Source of the DNA: a phage
Direction: 5' to 3' (one strand)
Length of the DNA: 64,000 nucleotides
Sequence record: PZ445429.1
Shown here: positions 58,582-64,000 of the stretch, piece by piece
Numbering within the stretch: position 1 is the stretch's first letter
Layout: every line of letters starts with the position of its first letter
Translations under genes and position numbers: made by a program
Notes under the pieces: generated by a model
The model's input: the letters and a program-made list of their open reading frames with translations, nothing else
What the model was told of the DNA's origin: nothing
Database searches by the model: none

Positions 58582-59111
58582 TGATAGCAGCAATCTATGC
58601 AACTGGGCCGAATGGGGAGTTCGGCCTCAATGGTAAACTCCCTTGGGGTTCTTTCAAAGAAGAACTAGATATCTTCTATGCTACTTTGGATTCTCTAGCA
58701 CCTGACAATATTATTGTAGGAGCAGGAACTTGGTTAGCATTCCCTGAGACTCTGCAAAAAAGAATACTAGGAGATTCTGACCTATTTATTTATGCAAATA
58801 GACCACTACCTAACTCTGTAGGATCAGCCACACGCATAAGTAATATTGGATATAGTCTGCCTGATTTCCTCAAGGAAGAAGTAACTGTAGTATTAGGAGG
58901 AGCAACTCTGCTTCTTGAAATGTACGTCAATAATCATCTAGATATGGCGTATGTATCTACTATTACTTCAGCCACACCATTATCTGCTGATGTACATCTG
59001 CATCATCATATTACTTTAACTAATTCAATGGCAACTAGAATGGACTATGTGGCAGGACAGAATGCAGATAAAACGCTTTCATTCTTACAAGAATTGGTGA
59101 TATTTAAATGA
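58581..59111 (+). CDS. Dihydrofolate reductase
   Basis: N-terminal [21 protein letters not shown] and VVLGGATLL motifs; 176 aa; coupled to thymidylate synthase. Confidence 0.8.
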   Translation: MIAAIYATGPNGEFGLNGKLPWGSFKEELDIFYATLDSLAPDNIIVGAGTWLAFPETLQKRILGDSDLFIYANRPLPNSVGSATRISNIGYSLPDFLKEEVTVVLGGATLLLEMYVNNHLDMAYVSTITSATPLSADVHLHHHITLTNSMATRMDYVAGQNADKTLSFLQELVIFK

Positions 59112-59962
59112 AGCAATATATTGAAACTGGAAAACGTATTCTTGAAGAGGGTGTATGGGTAACGAATCCTAGAACAGGGGTTCGTTGCCTAACCATTATT
59201 GATGCAGACTTTACCTTTAACGTAGGAGCAGGAGAACTGCCGCTAGTAACTACTCGTAAAGCATTTGCTAAACAAGCAATAATGGAAATGATCGGATATC
59301 TCCGTGGGTACGACTCAGCAGCACAATTCCGCGCTATTGGTGTTAATACATGGAATGCTAATGCAAATGAAAATATTGCCTGGCTAGGTAATCCATTCCG
59401 TAAAGGCGAGGATGATATGGGACGAGTCTATGGTGTTCAAGGACGTCATTGGACTAATTCTGATGGTATGGTATTTGATCAGTTAGCCAAAGTCTATCAT
59501 AATTTGAAAAGAGGGATTGACGATCGTGGAGAAATTTTAACTTTTTGGAACCCTGGGGAATTTCGTAAAGGATGCCTACGTCCGTGTATGCATACCCATC
59601 AATTCTCTATTTTAGGTGATACACTATACCTAAACTCTTTCCAGAGGTCTAATGATTTCTTGCTGGGCCAAGTATTTAATATGGTGCAATGCTATGCACT
59701 TCTAGCTATTATGGCACAGATTACAGGTCTTAAGCCAGGTATTGCTCGTCAAAAGATTATTAATCTTCATATCTATGAAGATCAGTATAATGTTCTGATG
59801 GAGCACAAGCAATTCGATCGTGAACCTTTTGCACCTCCTACTTTAGAAATCAATCCAAATATTAGAACTTTGGATGATGTATTAACGTGGGTAAGTAAGG
59901 ATGATTTTACTGTTCGTGGCTATGAACACCATCCTGCTATTGCATATCCATTTACGGTGTAA
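59108..59962 (+). CDS. thyA: Thymidylate synthase
   Basis: Active-site Cys region ([12 protein letters not shown]), folate-binding motifs; 284 aa. Confidence 0.85.
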   Translation: MKQYIETGKRILEEGVWVTNPRTGVRCLTIIDADFTFNVGAGELPLVTTRKAFAKQAIMEMIGYLRGYDSAAQFRAIGVNTWNANANENIAWLGNPFRKGEDDMGRVYGVQGRHWTNSDGMVFDQLAKVYHNLKRGIDDRGEILTFWNPGEFRKGCLRPCMHTHQFSILGDTLYLNSFQRSNDFLLGQVFNMVQCYALLAIMAQITGLKPGIARQKIINLHIYEDQYNVLMEHKQFDREPFAPPTLEINPNIRTLDDVLTWVSKDDFTVRGYEHHPAIAYPFTV

Positions 59963-59965
59963 CAT

Positions 59966-60319
59966 ATGTTAATTATACTATTATTTGTCATATTCTTTCT
60001 AAAACATTTTATGGCCGATTATCCACTCCAAACACCATATATGCTAAGAAAGACGCATAAAATAGGGTGGAAACTTCCATTATTAACCCATTCGCTAGTA
60101 CATGCTGGATTAACATTTGCAATTCTAATCCTATTCACATCACCAGGAATGTCTATAGCTTTAGCTATTATGGAATTAATTCTACACTTTATTATAGATT
60201 ATTGGAAAGCACAACGCTGTAAATACGCTATAAGCGATGCTAAGTTTTGGATAGCTTTAGGATTTGATCAGTTACTGCATTATCTGACATACGCCCTAAT
60301 AATCTTGATTATAATCTAA
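59966..60319 (+). CDS. Hypothetical integral membrane protein (117 aa)
   Basis: Three to four hydrophobic helices (LIILLFVIFFL, LTFAILILF, IALAIMELILHFII, ALIILIII). Confidence 0.5.
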   Translation: MLIILLFVIFFLKHFMADYPLQTPYMLRKTHKIGWKLPLLTHSLVHAGLTFAILILFTSPGMSIALAIMELILHFIIDYWKAQRCKYAISDAKFWIALGFDQLLHYLTYALIILIII

Positions 60320-60323
60320 TTCA

Positions 60324-60350
60324 AATAGCCCTTCGGGGCTATTATATTTA
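60324..60350 (+). terminator. Rho-independent terminator
   Basis: Hairpin atagccc-ttcg-gggctat followed by T-rich run. Confidence 0.6.
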
Positions 60351-60352
60351 AA

Positions 60353-60389
60353 TTTCATTTGCTTACTGAGTGAAATTCAAATATAATAT
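60353..60389 (+). promoter_or_regulatory. sigma70-type promoter (TTGCTT, 17 nt, TATAAT)
   Basis: -35 at 60359-60364, -10 at 60382-60387. Confidence 0.6.
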
Positions 60390-60417
60390 ACTTCTAATTT
60401 GACAGAAGGATTTAATA

Positions 60418-60996
60418 ATGACAGCCATAGTAGCATTTAAATATAAAGATAAAGTATACTTAGCTGGTGATCGTATGGGTTCTAATGGCTATACGAAACT
60501 GCTGGTTAAAAATCCGAAAGTATTCAAAATCTCTGATGATTTGTACTTCGGATACACTAGTTCCTTCTACATGGGACAATTACTAGAGCATAGCTTTACT
60601 GTACCACCACGTTTAGCAGATATTTCTGATGATAAATATTTATATACGGAAATAGTACCTAAATTACGTGATATGTTTAACCAGAAAGATTTTGGCGAAA
60701 AGAAAAATGAAAAATATGCTGAACCTAATCTGGGACAATTTATTATGCTCTACAAAGGAAGAATCTTTATTTTCCAATCTAATGCTTCTATTCTAGAAGT
60801 TGAATATGCCGGTGTAGGCTGTGGAGGAGAAGATGTACTTTCCAGTATTCGTACAGGTTTAGCTATTGCGGATTGTCGAGCCACAGATTTAGATGTAGAT
60901 GATATATTTGAAATCATTGATCTGGCTTTTACGCATTGTGCAGATTATATGTGTGGTGTATCTTCTCAACATGATGTTTTAGTAATTGGAGAATAA
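60418..60996 (+). CDS. HslV/proteasome-beta-like Ntn-hydrolase (192 aa)
   Basis: N-terminus MTAIVAFKYKDKVYLAGDRMGSNG parallels HslV [23 protein letters not shown] (Thr directly after initiator Met); later GVGCGGEDV aligns with the HslV GSGG segment. Confidence 0.55.
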   Translation: MTAIVAFKYKDKVYLAGDRMGSNGYTKLLVKNPKVFKISDDLYFGYTSSFYMGQLLEHSFTVPPRLADISDDKYLYTEIVPKLRDMFNQKDFGEKKNEKYAEPNLGQFIMLYKGRIFIFQSNASILEVEYAGVGCGGEDVLSSIRTGLAIADCRATDLDVDDIFEIIDLAFTHCADYMCGVSSQHDVLVIGE

Positions 60997-60998
60997 AT

Positions 60999-61268
60999 AT
61001 GTCTATTCTTTTATCTGCTTTAGAAGCAAAACAAAATACTATTGCTAGCATTAAAAAGGAAGTAATTGACCTAGAATCACTTATTGCCGTAGAGATTGAC
61101 AAAGCTATTAAAGATAAAGAATTTAATTGTCACATCCAGGGATTAACTGAATACTCAGAAAACGCTAGAAATAGCGTCATGCAAAAACTTAGCAAACTAG
61201 GTTATGTTGTAGAAGCTAAGTATGAACAGCGTGAAGGTTTTTGGCTTGAAATTGATTGGAGCAAATAA
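60999..61268 (+). CDS. Hypothetical protein (89 aa)
   Basis: Small coiled-coil-like ORF, overlaps start of RNase H gene. Confidence 0.45.
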   Translation: MSILLSALEAKQNTIASIKKEVIDLESLIAVEIDKAIKDKEFNCHIQGLTEYSENARNSVMQKLSKLGYVVEAKYEQREGFWLEIDWSK

Positions 61269-61744
61269 TGTCGGTTTTCCACATATATACAGATGGTGCA
61301 TGTAAAGGCAATCCTGGTTTAGGTGCGTGGGGATTCGTTGTCTATAATGATAATGATGATCGTATTGGCTCTAAATCTGGCTTCAGCCCTAAAACTACTA
61401 ATAACGAAATGGAACTTACTGCAATTGTAGAAGTTCTTCGTTGGTCTACTAAGAAAGATAATCGTCCAGTAATTATCTACACTGATTCTGCTTACTGCAA
61501 AAATGGTATGGAAAGCTGGATGTGGTCTTGGCAGAAGAAAGGCTGGAAGAAGGGAGATGGTGAAACTCCTCTTAATCTAGAACTCTGGCAAGAAGCATTT
61601 AAACTAACTCAACAGTATATTAACTTCCATGATACCAATCCAACCTTTGTTAAGGTTAAAGGTCACTCAGGTATTCGTGGTAATGAAGAAGTTGATGCTC
61701 TATGCAATACTGTAATTACTGAGCAAGAACTTGCTGAGATGTAA
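61256..61744 (+). CDS. rnhA: Ribonuclease H
   Basis: RNase HI motifs (IYTDGACKGNPG, EMELTAI, YTDSAY, HSGIRGNEEVDAL). Confidence 0.85.
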   Translation: MEQIMSVFHIYTDGACKGNPGLGAWGFVVYNDNDDRIGSKSGFSPKTTNNEMELTAIVEVLRWSTKKDNRPVIIYTDSAYCKNGMESWMWSWQKKGWKKGDGETPLNLELWQEAFKLTQQYINFHDTNPTFVKVKGHSGIRGNEEVDALCNTVITEQELAEM

Positions 61745-61758
61745 TAAATAATTTAAAA

Positions 61759-61795
61759 ATTCACTTGCTTAAAGCCCTCGAATTTAGTATAATAT
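61759..61795 (+). promoter_or_regulatory. sigma70-type promoter (TTGCTT, 17 nt, TATAAT)
   Basis: -35 at 61765-61770, -10 at 61788-61793; aaaaattcac upstream; GAGGAGG RBS downstream. Confidence 0.65.
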
Positions 61796-61820
61796 TCGTA
61801 TTGAAAGTGAGGAGGGCTTT

Positions 61821-62099
61821 ATGCGAATTTACAACTCAAATTCATTAGGATTTAAACCTTTGAGAAAACGCGCACAATCTCCGCGTCAGATCAGAAAGGC
61901 AAATATTGGTGAGCCAGAAACTAGGCTTCCACCACCTCCGGAGCAGCGTCTAGTTTATCTAGATGAAGAATTAGCCGAAAGGGAACGCAAAGCTCAAGAA
62001 GAAATTGAGCGCAAGAAACTGTGTACTGCTCCTGCATATAACAAGGGTGGTTATCAGTACGTTTCCAGTGAGGAACAAGCTAAGATGATCGGCAGATAA
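61821..62099 (+). CDS. Hypothetical protein (92 aa)
   Basis: Basic, Pro-rich central PPPPEQR; own promoter and RBS. Confidence 0.5.
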   Translation: MRIYNSNSLGFKPLRKRAQSPRQIRKANIGEPETRLPPPPEQRLVYLDEELAERERKAQEEIERKKLCTAPAYNKGGYQYVSSEEQAKMIGR

Positions 62100-62109
62100 T
62101 TTTTAAAAA

Positions 62110-62146
62110 ATTCATTTGCTAAACGCTTCAAAATTTCGTATAATAT
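62110..62146 (+). promoter_or_regulatory. sigma70-type promoter (TTGCTA, 17 nt, TATAAT)
   Basis: -35 at 62116-62121, -10 at 62139-62144; aaaaaattca upstream. Confidence 0.65.
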
Positions 62147-62182
62147 ATCTCATAAATTGATCAACAAAAAGGAAAACAAATA

Positions 62183-62698
62183 ATGGCTAAGCAGAAAAAC
62201 GCAAAAACTCAGGCAGCTCCGGCAGTTAAAACTTTCGCTCAGACCGAAGCCAATCGTAAGGCTCGTCTGGAACGTCATCTGCGTAAGCATCCTACTGATG
62301 CTCAGGCTCAGACTGCCCTGAAGTCTGCGGCTCCGGTTCGCCAGAAGCCGAAGGCCAAGAACTCTACTCGCGCAACTGCTAAGCAGGTTGTGTTCATCAA
62401 GGGTGAAGGTCATAAGTCTGTACCGGTAACTCTGAGCTTTAACGGCGGTGCTGAGATGTTCGCCCGCAACGGTATGGCTCTGAAAGACTACGAAAAAGCA
62501 GTCAATCAGAAGCGTAAGCCAATGGCTGACGTAATGCGTGAATCCCGTGGACAGTTTGGCTCCGTTAAACCGAATATTTTCGGTGTAGAGTATAGCCGTG
62601 ACAACGTTCGCGCTCTGTGCTACGGTATCGGTATTAAGTTTACTGGTGCTTCTGATCGTAAATCCGCTAAACCTACTCGTAAGCGTAAAGCGAAGTAA
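62183..62698 (+). CDS. Hypothetical highly basic protein with host-optimised codon usage (171 aa)
   Basis: Lys/Arg/Ala-rich; codon usage biased to ctg/cgt/ccg/gct, unlike AT-rich neighbours. Confidence 0.55.
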   Translation: MAKQKNAKTQAAPAVKTFAQTEANRKARLERHLRKHPTDAQAQTALKSAAPVRQKPKAKNSTRATAKQVVFIKGEGHKSVPVTLSFNGGAEMFARNGMALKDYEKAVNQKRKPMADVMRESRGQFGSVKPNIFGVEYSRDNVRALCYGIGIKFTGASDRKSAKPTRKRKAK

Positions 62699-62759
62699 TG
62701 ATTGATGGGGCGAAAGCCCCATATACTAACTCTTTCTCTGACTAATTAAGGATATTTTT

Positions 62760-62975
62760 ATGTTCTCTAAGAAACCACGTTCCGTTACTGAAATCGTTGC
62801 TTCCTTTACCACTATTACTGATGAACTTCAAGCTCGTATTGAAGCTGACCAGAAAACTGCTGCTGATATTCAGAAACAGCAGGAAGAACTCGCTCTGAAA
62901 CTGGCTGAAACCAATAAGAGTGAAAAATCTGCTCAAACTATTAAGGAAAATATCCTTAAACTGCTGGGCAAGTAA
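62760..62975 (+). CDS. Hypothetical protein (71 aa)
   Basis: Charged coiled-coil-like ORF between two GNRA-type hairpins. Confidence 0.45.
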   Translation: MFSKKPRSVTEIVASFTTITDELQARIEADQKTAADIQKQQEELALKLAETNKSEKSAQTIKENILKLLGK

Positions 62976-62984
62976 TTTAAATCA

Positions 62985-63008
62985 GGGGGCGAAAGCCCCT
63001 CTTATTTG
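62985..63008 (+). terminator. Putative terminator or structured hairpin
   Basis: Hairpin aggggc-gaaa-gcccct followed by cttatttgg; near-identical hairpin ggggc-gaaa-gcccc at 62706-62722. Confidence 0.45.
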
Positions 63009-63016
63009 GAGAAACT

Positions 63017-63229
63017 ATGCGTAACTTCGTTGCAAAGAATGATTTTAACCGTGCTAGCACTCACAAGTCTGCTAGAGACTACACTCGTCTTTCTAAACAT
63101 GAGCTTCTAGAAGAAATCATGGAAGAAAACTGGGATGTTAGTGAAAATGGAACAGACCTGTTTGAAGAAGAGGAACTTCCTCTGAAAGACCCCAAACAGT
63201 GGGAGTCTATTAAAGAGACAGCTCTTTAA
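63017..63229 (+). CDS. Hypothetical acidic protein (70 aa)
   Basis: ORF with RBS ggagaaact before ATG. Confidence 0.45.
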   Translation: MRNFVAKNDFNRASTHKSARDYTRLSKHELLEEIMEENWDVSENGTDLFEEEELPLKDPKQWESIKETAL

Positions 63230-63259
63230 TAGTTTTCTACAACAATAAAGGACATAATT

Positions 63260-63961
63260 ATGAAATTCAAGCCCTTTGGTATGCTGGACATTGAATCTCT
63301 AGGTACTCCAGGAAATTGCGGTACTACTCATATTGCAATGCCTTCTTTCGCTTTTGTAGCGATGCACGGAATTGATAAAGATCCTGATCTGGTATTCGTT
63401 ACTCTAGACGTTCAAGATCAGCTTAATGCGGGTGCTAAGGTAACTGCCTCTACTATTGCATTCTGGATGGATCAAGCTAAAAACAGTCCATCTGCGCTCC
63501 ATATTATGGAGGCTCTAAATGGTCGTAATCCTAAACTGATTGCCTTCCGTGATGGTAAGCATCACTGCACTAATGACGTAGGCTCTAATTATGCTGCCTT
63601 CTCTATGGCTCAGAACATTATGGAATTGTCTCTAGGAGATAATGCTCTGTATTACGGCAATGGCCCAGAGTTTGATATGACAATCTACTCTGCAAATACG
63701 TTCCATGCCGGAACCCATGAAGAAATAGTTCCGTGGAAATTCTGGAACTTAGGTAACGTTCGATCTTTCCGTAATCAGTGGATGCAAGCTGGTTATAGCT
63801 ATAAAGATCTAGAAGCCGAAGGTGCTAGCTGGGCAAAAGCTAAAATGGAAAAGATGGACACCATTCGTTATGGAATCTATCCTGTGAAGCATGATCCAGC
63901 ATTCGATGCTTTAGTTGAAAGTTATTGTGTAGCCGTCATGATCGAAAAAATCAAAATTTGA
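63260..63961 (+). CDS. Hypothetical protein, possible DEDD-type exonuclease-like (233 aa)
   Basis: N-terminal LDIESLGT resembles DEDD motif I and C-terminal HDPAFDA resembles motif III; motif II is not clear, so the assignment is weak. Confidence 0.35.
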   Translation: MKFKPFGMLDIESLGTPGNCGTTHIAMPSFAFVAMHGIDKDPDLVFVTLDVQDQLNAGAKVTASTIAFWMDQAKNSPSALHIMEALNGRNPKLIAFRDGKHHCTNDVGSNYAAFSMAQNIMELSLGDNALYYGNGPEFDMTIYSANTFHAGTHEEIVPWKFWNLGNVRSFRNQWMQAGYSYKDLEAEGASWAKAKMEKMDTIRYGIYPVKHDPAFDALVESYCVAVMIEKIKI

Positions 63962-63993
63962 TTTGCTTTCAGCTCCAAAATTCTGTATAATAT
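63957..63993 (+). promoter_or_regulatory. sigma70-type promoter (TTGCTT, 17 nt, TATAAT)
   Basis: -35 at 63963-63968, -10 at 63986-63991; at the window edge. Confidence 0.55.
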
Positions 63994-64000
63994 ATTCATA

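Noticed and set aside
61771-61815. Complementarity between the promoter spacer (aaagccctc) and the downstream RBS region (gaggagggcttt)
   Set aside because: The upstream arm lies within the promoter spacer and is probably not transcribed, so an RBS-sequestering hairpin is unlikely; noted only as a curiosity.
62150-62722. 190-aa - strand ORF antisense to the basic-protein gene
   Set aside because: Shadow frame caused by GC-rich codon bias of the + strand gene; no promoter or RBS on the - strand.
1-64000. CRISPR array, integrase/recombinase, attachment sites, transposase or insertion-sequence elements
   Set aside because: No regularly spaced short repeats, no tyrosine or serine recombinase motifs, no terminal inverted repeats; gene content is that of a strictly lytic T5-like phage.

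Overview
This window reads as a contiguous segment of a T5-like siphovirus genome (Tequintavirus-type), judged from gene order, protein sizes and motifs; no database search was possible. Three transcriptional blocks are visible. (1) 1-25394, + strand: the late structural module, running terminase large subunit, HNH endonuclease, portal, Ig-domain decoration protein, prohead protease, major capsid protein, head and tail completion proteins, tail tube, tape measure, distal tail protein, baseplate hub, central fibre, collar, and two lateral tail-fibre genes that each end in an intramolecular-chaperone domain. (2) 25432-53010, - strand: the replication, recombination and nucleotide-metabolism module (dUTPase, flap endonuclease, SbcCD-like nuclease, DNA polymerase, primase, helicases, split NAD-dependent ligase, origin-binding-protein-like helicase, SIR2-like protein, anaerobic ribonucleotide reductase NrdD), interspersed with many small ORFs of unknown function. 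(3) 53363-64000, + strand: an early nucleotide-metabolism block (PhoH, NrdA, HNH, NrdB, DHFR, thymidylate synthase, RNase H) and small unknown genes. A recurring near-consensus sigma70 promoter family (TTGCTa/t, 17 nt, TATAAT with an A-tract upstream) and GC-hairpin terminators punctuate blocks 2 and 3. The most notable anomalies are a single in-frame TAA that splits the large lateral tail-fibre gene, a perfect 108-bp in-frame tandem duplication in the decoration-protein gene, three free-standing HNH endonuclease genes, a SIR2-like gene lacking the zinc-ribbon cysteines, an HslV/proteasome-like Ntn-hydrolase gene, a tandem paralogous gene pair, and a roughly 500-bp non-coding tract upstream of the origin-binding-protein-like gene. 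No tRNA, CRISPR array, integrase or transposase was found.
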